From an uncultured Bacillota bacterium (GTDB taxonomy: Bacteria > Bacillota_I > Bacilli_A > RF39 > UBA660), in NCBI GenBank assembly GCA_905205665.1, contig CAJLEF010000002.1:85050-149049 (forward strand): a DNA stretch of 64,000 bases, given 5' to 3'. A program made the translations under genes and the position numbers. Each line of letters opens with the position of its first letter. The first letter of the stretch is position 1. Below are positions 16,647 through 26,786 of the stretch, one piece after another. The notes beneath the pieces were generated by a model. That model saw only the letters and a list, made by a program, of their open reading frames with translations. It had not been told where the DNA came from and made no database searches.

Positions 16647-17907
16647 GCGCTTCCTCCTCTAAAACATAAGACATTAAAAAGACAAGTTTCTCGCCAAAAT
16701 TTTTCACATCTTCAAAAGTAACTTTAGGGATTTCTTTTTGAAATTCTTCATAGGTAGGTGAATTATCTATCTCATGAAAATAATAATTATCCATAAGACT
16801 ATAAATACTATCTTGATTTAGTTTTAAATCTTGTAAATATTTTTCTTTTTGAATATTTAGTAAACTAGTGTCAAACTCTCCTTTTCGCATTTCTTCTAAA
16901 CTGTTTTCAATACAGGCTTTTGCTTTATCTACATTTTTTTGATTTAATCCAACATAAATATTCAATAAATTGTCTCTTAAAATAGCTTGACAACCACAGA
17001 AATAGCATAAGGAATTATCCACTCTTAAAGATTTTGTCAACTTATCATCCATACCTGAAGAAGAACCAAATAATCGCATAAATATAGGTGACACAAAATA
17101 TCTTTCAAAAGAAGTTAATTCTTTAAATTCATATAACATAAGTAATTGAGTTTGATTAAACGGTCCTTTTTCTTTGTAGTTTTTAACTGGATACATTGCC
17201 TCATTGGTTCTGGTAATAAATTCTTCTCTTAAAGTCGCCTTTAAATGAAAATATTTATCTAATAGAGAAGCTACTTTATCCATATCTAAATTTCCAATCA
17301 CCGTAACGTCACAAGGACTTTCTATAAGTTTTTCATAAGCTTCAGCAACATCTCTTGAATTTAGTTTATTTAACTCTTCATGGGTACCTAAAAGGCCTTG
17401 ACTTAGAAAACCATCTTTATATAAAATTTTTCTACTTTCCCTGATAGCATAAGTCATTGGCTTTTCCTTGTATCTATCCATTGCTGAAGAAAGTTTCTCT
17501 TTATGAATTTCAAAACTTTTTTCATTCCATTTGCCCTTTTCAATATGAGGATTTTGAAGGATATTTGCAAGAAAAATAATCACATTTTCTAAATAATCTT
17601 CTTCTTTGACATATTTTGGATCTAAAATTTCGGCCCCAAAAGAAGTAAAAAGAGTGTAGCCCATTCGGGAAATTTGCCTTGAGCAGTCCAAGTTATAAAG
17701 TTCTTCTCTTTTAATCATCATTTCTCTTTTTGTTTTATAATCATTTGAGGTATAGCCCATTAAACGACTTAAAAGATTTTGACAAGTAACATTACAATTT
17801 CGAATATCACATTTAAAATTTATTTCAATATTAACGGTTCTAAATTTATCTGTTTTAATGGTGTAAAGATTGCCCGTTTTTAAAGCATATTTTTTATATT
17901 CCATCAT
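16633..17907 (-). CDS. M16-family peptidase-like protein (no HxxEH; probable non-catalytic partner)
   Basis: 424 aa. It is translationally coupled to the downstream M16 gene, in a YmfF/YmfH-like pair arrangement. No HxxEH motif was seen. Confidence 0.65.
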   Translation of the reverse strand: MMEYKKYALKTGNLYTIKTDKFRTVNIEINFKCDIRNCNVTCQNLLSRLMGYTSNDYKTKREMMIKREELYNLDCSRQISRMGYTLFTSFGAEILDPKYVKEEDYLENVIIFLANILQNPHIEKGKWNEKSFEIHKEKLSSAMDRYKEKPMTYAIRESRKILYKDGFLSQGLLGTHEELNKLNSRDVAEAYEKLIESPCDVTVIGNLDMDKVASLLDKYFHLKATLREEFITRTNEAMYPVKNYKEKGPFNQTQLLMLYEFKELTSFERYFVSPIFMRLFGSSSGMDDKLTKSLRVDNSLCYFCGCQAILRDNLLNIYVGLNQKNVDKAKACIENSLEEMRKGEFDTSLLNIQKEKYLQDLKLNQDSIYSLMDNYYFHEIDNSPTYEEFQKEIPKVTFEDVKNFGEKLVFLMSYVLEEEAHENN

Positions 17908-19025
17908 ATCCCTACTTTCTCATAACAACTACCAAAATAATCATCAGTCATTCCTGCTAAAAAATCTATCACTTTTCTTTCGTTAGAAGTGTTTTTTTGA
18001 TAAGCTTCATTTTTATAATTCAAAAAATCTTTAAAAATAAGCGACTTTCGATTATCATTTTTTACATCTTGTAAAAAAACGTTAAATAAAGTTTCATATC
18101 TATGAGTAATTTCGTTCTTTTCTTTTTCGGTTAGAGACTTGTCATAAATATTCACATAATTAAACTTTTTTAATTCTTTAATCGCTTCAAAAACGTCGTC
18201 ACTTAATTTCAAATAAGGTTTACCAAAGCTATTATGGATAAGGTCCATAATTATAGTATTAACAATTTCTCTATTTTTAACACCTAAAATTTGACGAATA
18301 TTAATAGGAATATCTTCTTCTTTAATAATACCTAGAATACGAGCGTCTTCAATGTCTTTCCCAAGATAAGCAATAATATCACTTACTCTTACTACGCACC
18401 CTTCCAAGGTCATCGGTACAAGTGTTTTTACAAAATCTTTTTCAGTATAAGTTCTTTCGTATTCTTCTAAAAAAGTTTCTTTGGTTTTCTTTTGGGGACG
18501 ATACTCTTGTAATTCTAATTCACCATTATGACATAAAATACCATCTAAAACTTGTAAGGTAATATTTTTACCAAAGCCTTTATTTTCTAAATTCATTAAA
18601 AGGCGGACACTTTCCACATTATGGTTAAAATAGCCTTCATTATGTTCTTCACTAATTTTACTTAACACGGATTCGCCAAAATGACCAAAAGGGACATGTC
18701 CCAAATCATGACCAAGACTTGCTGCTTCGATTAAGTCTTCATTTAAGCCTAAGGCTCTACCAATCGTCCTAGCAATCTTACTCACATATTGAACATGAAG
18801 CATTCTTTTGGTAATATGATCATTTTTATGTCCTGGAAAAACCTGCGTTTTATCACTATACCGAATAAAAGCATAAGAATAAATAATCCTGTCAATATCT
18901 CTAAAGAAAGGTCCACGCATGTCTTCTTGTTCTTCTAAAAAACGTACTGCCTCTTCATCTTTTGTCGCATAAATACTTAAATTTTGATTATGAATTTTCA
19001 TATTAGCTTTAATTTGTTCGTCCAT
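17904..19025 (-). CDS. HD-domain dNTP triphosphohydrolase-like protein (dGTPase family)
   Basis: 373 aa with HDLGHVPFGH and a downstream D-containing HD-domain motif. Confidence 0.8.
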   Translation of the reverse strand: MDEQIKANMKIHNQNLSIYATKDEEAVRFLEEQEDMRGPFFRDIDRIIYSYAFIRYSDKTQVFPGHKNDHITKRMLHVQYVSKIARTIGRALGLNEDLIEAASLGHDLGHVPFGHFGESVLSKISEEHNEGYFNHNVESVRLLMNLENKGFGKNITLQVLDGILCHNGELELQEYRPQKKTKETFLEEYERTYTEKDFVKTLVPMTLEGCVVRVSDIIAYLGKDIEDARILGIIKEEDIPINIRQILGVKNREIVNTIIMDLIHNSFGKPYLKLSDDVFEAIKELKKFNYVNIYDKSLTEKEKNEITHRYETLFNVFLQDVKNDNRKSLIFKDFLNYKNEAYQKNTSNERKVIDFLAGMTDDYFGSCYEKVGI

Positions 19026-19078
19026 ATATATCCTCTTTTCTAATAAGTTTGAAAGAAAAAAAGCTGTTTAAAACAACT

Positions 19079-20218
19079 TTATCTAAAATAGAGCAAATAC
19101 CCTAAAAAGCCTAAATAAATAATTAGACAAATAAGACCATTTAATTTATTTTTAGAATTTTCTTTTTGTTGAATGCCTGTCATCATCGCGGCTAAAACAC
19201 CCGCAATCAAGCCACCAATGTGGGCAGCATTATCAACACCAGTTACCATAAAGCCAAATAAAATATTAATAATAATTAAAGGAATAATTTGATTATTAAA
19301 AATAGTTCCTAGGTAAACACGATACTGACTACCAAAATAAACTAAGGCGCCCATAAGACCAAAAATAGCTCCAGAAGCCCCAACGCTTATCACATTTGGA
19401 GTAATGACAGAGCTCATTAAACTCGCCCCAATTAAACTCGTAAAATAAATAATAAGATACTTTTTCTTACCCGCAAAGTTTTCTACTTGGGTTCCTATTA
19501 AATAAAGTGAATACATGTTAAAAAGTAAATGAAGGATACCACCATGTAAAAAGCCCGCTGTAATTAATCGCCACCATTCACCATTTAACACAAGCACACT
19601 ATTTAAAGCCCCATATTTTAAAAGAGCACTACCAGATAAGACGCCACCGGATAAAATAAAGGTAATGAAGAAAACTAAAACATTGATAGCTATTAAAACA
19701 TTCGTCACAACTATTTTTTTAGGACTAAAAAGTTTTTCGTAAGTTTTGTTTTCTTTTTCTGTTTTAGCATTGATATCATTTGCCACGTTAAGCATTAAAT
19801 CAATACCTTCTTCTTGGGCCAAAAATTTATCATTGATATCCGGAAATTTATTAAGTAAATTTTCATCCGTAATAGCCTTCTCATCCGTAATAGCTACAGA
19901 TTCAATGGTTTTACTTTCCTCAAAGTGAACATCATCATTGACATCTAATAAAATATTTAAGGCATTCATAGACCAAGAAAGCGTTTTTCTTTTTACTTGG
20001 CGCATGACATTATGTAACTTAACTAAATCAAATTCATATTGTTCTTCATTATGAATATAGTTGGCATTAATACGAATAATTTTATAAGGTCCATTTTGAT
20101 TTTGAAGCCAAATCTCATCTTTAACTCCATTTACAATCATGGGACTGTAATCTTCTTCTGTGACAAAGTAATGAACAAGTCGCATAAGAATCTCATCTTT
20201 TGTTTCCATTGTAAGCAT
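19079..20218 (-). CDS. rhomboid-family intramembrane serine protease (YqgP/GluP-like)
   Basis: Cytoplasmic N-domain followed by a polytopic core with GASGAIFGLMGA (GxSG) and AHIGG. The start is set at MLTMETKDE (ATG 20216-20218), 10 nt after GGAGG. Confidence 0.8.
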   Translation of the reverse strand: MLTMETKDEILMRLVHYFVTEEDYSPMIVNGVKDEIWLQNQNGPYKIIRINANYIHNEEQYEFDLVKLHNVMRQVKRKTLSWSMNALNILLDVNDDVHFEESKTIESVAITDEKAITDENLLNKFPDINDKFLAQEEGIDLMLNVANDINAKTEKENKTYEKLFSPKKIVVTNVLIAINVLVFFITFILSGGVLSGSALLKYGALNSVLVLNGEWWRLITAGFLHGGILHLLFNMYSLYLIGTQVENFAGKKKYLIIYFTSLIGASLMSSVITPNVISVGASGAIFGLMGALVYFGSQYRVYLGTIFNNQIIPLIIINILFGFMVTGVDNAAHIGGLIAGVLAAMMTGIQQKENSKNKLNGLICLIIYLGFLGYLLYFR

Positions 20219-20283
20219 TTTTTGAAAACCTCCTACGTATATTATTTTACTAAAATTCATATCATTAGTAAAGGGTGATACCG

Positions 20284-20607
20284 ATGCTTTATTATTTAAT
20301 TTTGCTCATTTTATCCACTTCTTTATTAAGCATTTCTTTAGGAAAAGCTTTATTAAAAGAAAGCGATAATGACCTTTATTTTTTACTTTTTTGCAATTGT
20401 ATTTTTTTAATTTCAACCACAGCTTTTTATTTTACTTTTCAAGAATTATTTTTAAGTTTGTGCTCTTCTTTTTTTCTTTTAGGATATGCCCTTCTATTAC
20501 TTATAAAATTAAAGAAAATAAACCATAAACTATTATTAATTGATTACCCTTATTTTCTTTTTACTTCAGGATTATTTTGCTATATGATTTTCATCATTTT
20601 CTTCTAA
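20284..20607 (+). CDS. possible small polytopic membrane protein
   Basis: About 107-aa, very hydrophobic ORF divergent from the rhomboid gene. Its 3' end overlaps the rluD 3' end by 36 nt. No homolog recognised. Confidence 0.3.
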   Translation: MLYYLILLILSTSLLSISLGKALLKESDNDLYFLLFCNCIFLISTTAFYFTFQELFLSLCSSFFLLGYALLLLIKLKKINHKLLLIDYPYFLFTSGLFCYMIFIIFF

Positions 20608-21480
20608 GTTATCTAAGAAATTTTGGAATACTTCCGGTAAAGGTACTTCGAAATGCAATTTTTCTTTCGTGATAGGCTCTTCAAAAGTAACTTCATGAGA
20701 ATGAAGAAATTGGCCAAAACCCTTAATTTCTTCCTTGCCATACACTGGATCATTAAACAAAGGATAGCCAATATAAGCCATGTGAACTCTTATTTGATGT
20801 GTTCTTCCTGTTTCCAAAACACATTCAATTAAGGTGTATTTGTCATATCTTTTTAATACTTTTACTCTTGTAACGGCATGTTTACTATTTTTATCAGTAA
20901 CACACATTTTTTTACGATTTTTTTCATCTCTTCCTATGGGAGCGTCTATCACAATATTATTATTTTGTAAAATGCCTTTAACTAACGCAATATATTTTCT
21001 TTCAACTCTTTTATTTTTAAAATCATCTGCTAAAACTTGATGTGCTTCATTATTTTTAGCGACTAACATTAATCCTGAAGTATCTTTGTCAATACGGTGA
21101 ACAATACCTGGGCGATTTTCTTCACCTTCACTTAGGTTAGTATGATATAAAAGACCATTCACTAAAGTATGTTCTTTATTACCACTTCCAGGATGGACAA
21201 CTAAACCAGATGGCTTATTTACCACGATGACATTTTCGCTTTCATAAACAATATCTAAAGGCATTTTTTCTGGTGTCAAAGGGATATCTTCTACATATTC
21301 TTTAACAATCGCAATTTTATCATTTTCTTTGATTTTATAGGAAGTTTTAACTGGTTTATCATTCACTAAAATACACTCGGTCTCAAGCATTTTAGCAATG
21401 GTACTTCTTGATTTTTCTAAAACTTCGCTTAAATATTTATCTATTCTTTCATTATTTTTTTCACATATAAATTCTTGCAT
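20572..21480 (-). CDS. rluD: RluA-family 23S rRNA pseudouridine synthase (RluD-like)
   Basis: 302 aa with an N-terminal S4 domain and the catalytic motif HRIDKDTSG. It follows lspA, as in Firmicutes. Confidence 0.85.
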   Translation of the reverse strand: MQEFICEKNNERIDKYLSEVLEKSRSTIAKMLETECILVNDKPVKTSYKIKENDKIAIVKEYVEDIPLTPEKMPLDIVYESENVIVVNKPSGLVVHPGSGNKEHTLVNGLLYHTNLSEGEENRPGIVHRIDKDTSGLMLVAKNNEAHQVLADDFKNKRVERKYIALVKGILQNNNIVIDAPIGRDEKNRKKMCVTDKNSKHAVTRVKVLKRYDKYTLIECVLETGRTHQIRVHMAYIGYPLFNDPVYGKEEIKGFGQFLHSHEVTFEEPITKEKLHFEVPLPEVFQNFLDNLEENDENHIAK

Positions 21481-21483
21481 ATT

Positions 21484-21933
21484 TTACCTACTTTCTAAAG
21501 TTAATATAAGAAGAAAAGCTCCCACGACAATCATAATGTCAGCTAGATTGAAAATTGGATAATGATATCCCCAAAAGTTAAAGGATAAAAAGTCTGTCAC
21601 AGCTCCATAAAAAATACGGTCTAATAAATTCCCTACCGTTCCCGCTATTAAACACACGTAGCTGATATTTTTTAGACAGGTTTCTTTTATCTTAGAAGAC
21701 ATTTTAAAAAGAATAAATAAAATCAGAATATTTAAAAGAATAAGGACTCCTACATTACCATTTAAAATACTCCAAGCTCCGCCCGTATTAAAAGCTAATT
21801 CCAATTTAAAAAAATTGGGAATAACTGTAATACTTTTGCTTTTCAAAATAATTCTCATAAAGGCTTTACTTACATGATCTAAAATTAATAATAAAGTAAA
21901 ACCAATTAACTTTTGTATCTTCTTTTTTTTCAT
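21484..21933 (-). CDS. lspA: lipoprotein signal peptidase II
   Basis: Motifs AFNTGGAWS and FNLADIMIVVG. The start is set at MKKKKIQ (ATG 21931-21933). Confidence 0.85.
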   Translation of the reverse strand: MKKKKIQKLIGFTLLLILDHVSKAFMRIILKSKSITVIPNFFKLELAFNTGGAWSILNGNVGVLILLNILILFILFKMSSKIKETCLKNISYVCLIAGTVGNLLDRIFYGAVTDFLSFNFWGYHYPIFNLADIMIVVGAFLLILTLESR

Positions 21934-22052
21934 AGTTTCCTCTTCACAAGTCATATTATAACATGTGACTTTATGACAAACAAGAAAGAAAAATAATAAG
22001 ATGGTGTTTATGAATTGTAAACTTTACATCGTTGTAATTTATATATTTAAGC

Positions 22053-22084
22053 AAAAAAATAAGAAAGTCATTAATAACTTTCTT
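22053..22084 (-). terminator. rho-independent terminator after the 253-aa orphan gene
   Basis: Minus strand: AAGAAAGT-8 nt loop-ACTTTCTT-A-TTTTTTT, 4 nt after the stop. Confidence 0.55.
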
Positions 22085-22087
22085 ACA

Positions 22088-22849
22088 TCAATTATTTTTA
22101 GGTTTAAGACTACGGCTTATTCCCTTATCTTCAAGATTAGTATTTGATATTGTCATAGAAGAATCTTCTGTAACTGTCGAAAAATGAGCATTTGACATAG
22201 TTTCAAAGTGACCTTGTTGACTATTTACATTTTTATTAATAAAATCAATATTACTCTTTACAATATCATTTGCTTTTATCTTTTCGGCAATTTGTTTTTT
22301 TAAATCATTTAATCTTGTCCAATAGATAGATTCATCAAAAGATTGATGAGTAGCACCTTTTTTAGAAATATTCTCTATATATTCAATGGCTAGAGCATGT
22401 AATGAAATTAAGTCTTTTTCACAGTCAGGATAAGTATTAACTTTTATAAAATTCATTTCTACACTTACTGTTTTAGTAAAATCAAAAAGTTTATCTTTTT
22501 CTTCTAATGTTTTGGAAACATTATCTGATTTAAAATGCCAGTCTTTATCATTTTGAAAAGAAGTTGTATTTTGTTGGGTATAGCTTTTAGATTTATGAAA
22601 TAAATTTAATCCCTTCATTCTACTAAAAAATTTATTTTGTTTCTTTATTCCTAAACTCATTTCTAATACTTTATTTAAATTTCTTATTTGTTTATCAAGA
22701 ATTATATTTCTTAAAATTCTTTCTGTTGCAATACTAGCTCCAATAACTAGCATAAAACCAACGCTACGTTGAAGAACAAATAATGTGATTTCATTCAATG
22801 TAACATATTGGTTCAACATCTCAATTATTTTAATCCCTATATCATGCAT
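22088..22849 (-). CDS. hypothetical protein (orphan, one N-proximal hydrophobic segment)
   Basis: 253-aa ORF with its own terminator. No motif recognised. Confidence 0.5.
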   Translation of the reverse strand: MHDIGIKIIEMLNQYVTLNEITLFVLQRSVGFMLVIGASIATERILRNIILDKQIRNLNKVLEMSLGIKKQNKFFSRMKGLNLFHKSKSYTQQNTTSFQNDKDWHFKSDNVSKTLEEKDKLFDFTKTVSVEMNFIKVNTYPDCEKDLISLHALAIEYIENISKKGATHQSFDESIYWTRLNDLKKQIAEKIKANDIVKSNIDFINKNVNSQQGHFETMSNAHFSTVTEDSSMTISNTNLEDKGISRSLKPKNN

Positions 22850-23125
22850 AAAAAGTAATTTTTATTATAGATATTATTAAAATGTTTGTCGACGGAAGTA
22901 GACTAACATTTTAATTTCTCACCAAAACACATAATCTTTTAAAGAATTAATTCTAATACTTTTTATTCTTTTAATTGACATAACAATTGTAAATTTTATG
23001 TCAACTTTTTGATCTTTTTCATATTTTTTTGATGTTTGTTCAATGAAAAAAAAGGAAATCGAAGATTTTTCTTGTATATATAAGTAGAAGGTAATTTATC
23101 TACCTACTTAGAAAGGAGAAAAAAT

Positions 23126-23980
23126 ATGTATATTGATTTAATGGAAGATTACTGGATAAAAAATATTCTTGGAAATGAAGAGTACACAAGACCACTCGAA
23201 ATTATTACCGAAAATGTTTTAAGATTACCTAAAGGAATTTTAGAAAAGCAAATCGAGATTAAAAGTCATGAATATCCTATTAAAAAAGCAACTTATAAAG
23301 AAAAAAATATCAGGGCAGATGTATTTGCTTTTCTAGGAAAAGATGTCATTCTAAATTTAGAAGCTTATAAAACTTTCAATGAAGAAAATTTACGAAAGTC
23401 AAATGTTTATCTATGTCGTGGTTATAGTAGTCAATTAAAGAAGAGCATGCCATATCGTAAGATGAAAAAATTCATTCAAATTAATTTAGTAGATCATGTT
23501 AAAAGAGGTGTTTTACAAGACAAGTTAGTTCAAAGATATTTTTTAGAAGAACAAGGATATCCTTTAACAGATGACATTCAAATTTATTACATACGACTTG
23601 ATTTACTAGATAAACTTAATTATAATGTAGGCATAAGTGATGAAGAGTTTTTAGATATTTTAAGATATTTAAAAGCAAAAGGTGAAGAAGAAAGACAAAA
23701 ACTAAAAGAGAAATGGAGAACAATTATGACAATGGATGAGTATATGAATGCCCTTTTAAGTGATGAAGTTATGAACGAAGAAAGAAGTATGTTTAAAAAA
23801 GCTCGTGACTACGGTCGTGAAGAAGGAATTGATATTGGCAAAAATGAAGGAAAAAAAGAAGAACGTATCCTAATAGCTAAAGAACTTTTAAAAATTGGTA
23901 TTCCTTTAGAAAAGATTACGATTGCCACAGGACTTTCTAAAGAAGAGTTAAAAAAATTAGAAATTTCTACTTCATTTTAG
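23126..23980 (+). CDS. Rpn/YhgA-like PD-(D/E)XK nuclease family protein (putative transposase/recombination-promoting nuclease)
   Basis: 284 aa. The N-terminal half has a D...(V/I)xNLEAY core like the PDDEXK_2 D...IEMQ motif. The C-terminal tail EGIDIGKNEGKKEERILIAKELLKIGIPLEKITIATGLSKEELKKL is typical of this family. A strong AGGAG RBS precedes the start. Confidence 0.6.
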   Translation: MYIDLMEDYWIKNILGNEEYTRPLEIITENVLRLPKGILEKQIEIKSHEYPIKKATYKEKNIRADVFAFLGKDVILNLEAYKTFNEENLRKSNVYLCRGYSSQLKKSMPYRKMKKFIQINLVDHVKRGVLQDKLVQRYFLEEQGYPLTDDIQIYYIRLDLLDKLNYNVGISDEEFLDILRYLKAKGEEERQKLKEKWRTIMTMDEYMNALLSDEVMNEERSMFKKARDYGREEGIDIGKNEGKKEERILIAKELLKIGIPLEKITIATGLSKEELKKLEISTSF

Positions 23981-24006
23981 GAAGATTAAAAAAATCTTCT
24001 TTTTTC
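23981..24006 (+). terminator. rho-independent terminator after the Rpn-like gene
   Basis: GAAGATT-AAAAA-AATCTTC-TTTTTT, starting 1 nt after the stop. Confidence 0.6.
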
Positions 24007-24026
24007 ATTCTTAAAAAAGATATGAT

Positions 24027-24653
24027 TTAAGAAGATAATTGTAAAATCTCATAACATTCTTTAATGTCATTTAAAGAATTTTCATCGTCTAAAGCACTTT
24101 TGCAAGCTTCACTTGCTAAAAAATCATTTAATCTTTTCTGTAAATATTCCACACTACTCTTAATCGTATATTGATAGCTTTCTAATTCTTGAATAAATTC
24201 TTTAATAATTTGATTTTTATCAGGTTCATAATGATAGTTTTCATCTTTTAAAGCATAATGTAGGGCTTCTTTATCATAAATAAGACCAAGAGTTATTTTC
24301 TCACTATGACTGACATCAACGTTCTTTCCCACCATTACTTTTTCTTCATCATCATATTTTAAATTCACCATAGCTTCATAAGGAATAGTAATTTTTAAAG
24401 CGTAAAGTTCTTCACTTGGAAATAAATTCATGCAAACATCTTGAAAAGATGGAATACCCGCAAATAAGTAAAGGGTTCGTTTAGAATTACTTTTTAAAAC
24501 AGCGTCAATATTTTTATTACTTGAAATATAATAAAGCCCTTCATTATAAGCTTTTTTCATTATTTCACGCGATAAAAGAAGAGGATCATCATAAGCCCTG
24601 TCGCCATACATGAATTTTAAAAAGTAACTTGTGAGAATAATCTTGACGTTCAT
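24027..24653 (-). CDS. hypothetical protein
   Basis: 208-aa ORF. No motif recognised. Confidence 0.5.
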   Translation of the reverse strand: MNVKIILTSYFLKFMYGDRAYDDPLLLSREIMKKAYNEGLYYISSNKNIDAVLKSNSKRTLYLFAGIPSFQDVCMNLFPSEELYALKITIPYEAMVNLKYDDEEKVMVGKNVDVSHSEKITLGLIYDKEALHYALKDENYHYEPDKNQIIKEFIQELESYQYTIKSSVEYLQKRLNDFLASEACKSALDDENSLNDIKECYEILQLSS

Positions 24654-24696
24654 ACCTTACACTCTTTCTACTTTTTAAGTATACAATAACTTTACA

Positions 24697-24927
24697 CTAA
24701 AATTCAACTAAAATTACATCTTCACCTATTTTTTTGATTTGAGAAAAAGATACATGCACTTCTTCATTCTTGCGCCAAAACTTCCAAAAACTATAATTTA
24801 ATACAACGAAATAATTAATTTTGCCATCATAAGATACTTCCGCATCAATAATTCTCCCAATCTTTTTACCATCATCTAAATTGACAACATCTTTCTTTTG
24901 TAAATCAGATAAATTCACAAACATCAC
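24697..24927 (-). CDS. YlmC/YmxH-family (PRC-barrel) sporulation protein
   Basis: 76 aa. LSDLQKKDVVNLDDGKKIGRIIDAEV matches the YlmC/YmxH pattern (LSEL-x-GKEVINL-x-DG-x-LG-x-I-x-D). Confidence 0.6.
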   Translation of the reverse strand: MMFVNLSDLQKKDVVNLDDGKKIGRIIDAEVSYDGKINYFVVLNYSFWKFWRKNEEVHVSFSQIKKIGEDVILVEF

Positions 24928-24957
24928 CTTAATAAAAAGTATGAAAAAAATGGATTA

Positions 24958-25857
24958 TTATAACCCATTTAAATAATCAATAACTCGTGTTGCACAAATA
25001 GTTCCATCACTTGTTGCCGTCGTAAGTTGCTTGACATCTTTTTTTAAAACATCTCCGGCTAAAAATAAACCTGGAACGGGTGTTTCTAAATCATGATTTA
25101 CTAAAGGATAACCACTTTCATCTAGTTTCACTAAATCCTTTAAAATATCGGTATTAGGTACACTTCCTATCGCTATGAAAACACCATCTGTTTTTAGAAG
25201 CATTTCTCTTTTATTTTGCTCTAGCAAAATTTCTTCAATCGTATCTTTTCCTTTTATTTCTTTTAAAATAGCATTATAAATAAAAGAAACATTTTCTTTA
25301 TTTTTTAAATTAGCCACTTTAATAGGTTCTGCTCGTAAAATATCACGACGGTGAATAATGTAAACATGTTTACAAATATCAGAAAGATAAAAGGCATCAT
25401 CAATCGCGGTATTACCTCCCCCAATAATAGAAACAATTTTATCTTTAAAGAAAGCTCCATCACAAGTGGCACAATAAGAGAGACCTTTTCCTAAATATTT
25501 TTCTTCATCAATTTCTAATTTACGAGGATGGGTTCCAGAAGCTAAAATAACCGTTTTACTCACATATTCATTATCCTCGGTCTTAACAAAAAATACACCT
25601 TGATCTTTTCTGATCTCTAAAGCATTTTCGTAGCGTAATAAAACGCCCAGTGAGGATGCTTGTTCATAAAAAGCTTGACCTAAAGCCATTCCCCTTACCT
25701 TTGTAAAACCAGGGTAATTTTCCACATAACTTGCTTTGGTAATTTGTCCGCCAAAAGTTTCTTTTTCTAAAACTAAAACATTCTTACAAGCTCGTTTTAA
25801 ATAAATCGCTGCCGTAAGACCTGCTGGTCCTCCTCCAATAATGATTGTATCGTACAT
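24958..25857 (-). CDS. trxB: thioredoxin-disulfide reductase
   Basis: GGGPAG FAD motif, redox-active CATCDG and the GGGNTA NADPH motif. The start is set at MYDTIIIGGGPAG. Confidence 0.9.
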   Translation of the reverse strand: MYDTIIIGGGPAGLTAAIYLKRACKNVLVLEKETFGGQITKASYVENYPGFTKVRGMALGQAFYEQASSLGVLLRYENALEIRKDQGVFFVKTEDNEYVSKTVILASGTHPRKLEIDEEKYLGKGLSYCATCDGAFFKDKIVSIIGGGNTAIDDAFYLSDICKHVYIIHRRDILRAEPIKVANLKNKENVSFIYNAILKEIKGKDTIEEILLEQNKREMLLKTDGVFIAIGSVPNTDILKDLVKLDESGYPLVNHDLETPVPGLFLAGDVLKKDVKQLTTATSDGTICATRVIDYLNGL

Positions 25858-25928
25858 TTTAAAACCTACTTTCAAAAGCATTATAACATATATACTAACT
25901 TGTGCAAATAACTTTATTTTATAACTTC

Positions 25929-25957
25929 TTGACGTCTATAATATTAAACTTTATAAT
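25929..25957 (+). promoter_or_regulatory. predicted sigma-A promoter (TTGACG-17 nt-TATAAT)
   Basis: Hexamers and spacing read directly, about 25 nt upstream of the AGGAGG RBS of the 267-aa gene. Confidence 0.45.
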
Positions 25958-25982
25958 AAATGTATTTTAGAAAGGAGGCTTT

Positions 25983-26786
25983 ATGAATCAGAATTTTAAA
26001 GAAAGTCAGTTAAATGGGCAATATCAGCAAATTCCTCAAGGAGTTATCAAACGTATTCTAAAAGAATATGAAAAAGCAAAAAATTTACCTCGGCTTCAAT
26101 ACCAAGAACTCACTCCTTATTTTGAAAGCGAAAAAGAATTATTTGCCATGTGCCAAGATTTTTTTACCTATTTTCCTTTTTTAAAAGAAAAACAAGAAAA
26201 ACTTAAAACTTTTGAAAAAAGAACATCTTTTATAAGACAACAAGATAGTTCAAAATATCGTGGCCTCACAGAAAGAGATTTATTTGGAAAACCTTACTTT
26301 AAACTTTACTACAATCATACCTTAGAAGATTTGATGGTCTTAAATCATGAATATGCTCATGGATTTTATTGGCAAAATTTCTATACATATATGGAACAGT
26401 CTTTTATATCTGAACTAGAAGGTTACTTTTTTGAATATCTTACTTTTGTTTTTCTAAAAGAGAACAAAATCCTAACTTTAAATGATGAAACAAAAATAGA
26501 AAATAACAATTCCTGGAGCATTAAAGAAATGTTTACCAAATTTATGCATGGTTATAACTATGTTAATGGAAATGATCATACTTTAAATAATCAGTATTAT
26601 TTAACAATTAAAAATGTCAATTTAGAGGAAGAAGCTACTTACCTTTATTCCTACATTATTCATTCTTACTTAGAAAGAATGGCTAAAAGTGACTTAGAAA
26701 AAAGTTTTTACTATTTTGAATGTTTAAAAAGAGAAAAAGATAGAAACGAAGCTAAACTTATTTTAAAGAACTTAAAACACTACTAA
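25983..26786 (+). CDS. hypothetical protein with HExxH motif (possible zinc metallopeptidase)
   Basis: 267 aa. The single HEYAH motif (LNHEYAHGFYW) is the only evidence. The family was not recognised. Confidence 0.5.
   Translation: MNQNFKESQLNGQYQQIPQGVIKRILKEYEKAKNLPRLQYQELTPYFESEKELFAMCQDFFTYFPFLKEKQEKLKTFEKRTSFIRQQDSSKYRGLTERDLFGKPYFKLYYNHTLEDLMVLNHEYAHGFYWQNFYTYMEQSFISELEGYFFEYLTFVFLKENKILTLNDETKIENNNSWSIKEMFTKFMHGYNYVNGNDHTLNNQYYLTIKNVNLEEEATYLYSYIIHSYLERMAKSDLEKSFYYFECLKREKDRNEAKLILKNLKHY

Noticed and set aside
19061-19079. Possible terminator hairpin right at the rhomboid gene stop (AAGTTGT-TTTAA-ACAGCTT-TTTTT)
   Set aside because: The stem is only 7 bp and includes a G-U pair. It overlaps the stop codon and is marginal in AT-rich sequence. 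It was not listed as a feature.
22020-24696. 9-bp direct repeat aactttaca (22020-22028 and 24688-24696) flanking the three-gene islet, as possible att or target-site duplication
   Set aside because: In DNA this AT-rich, a 9-mer match between two intergenic segments of about 50-130 bp has roughly a 10% chance expectation by my rough estimate. No integrase or inverted repeats accompany it.
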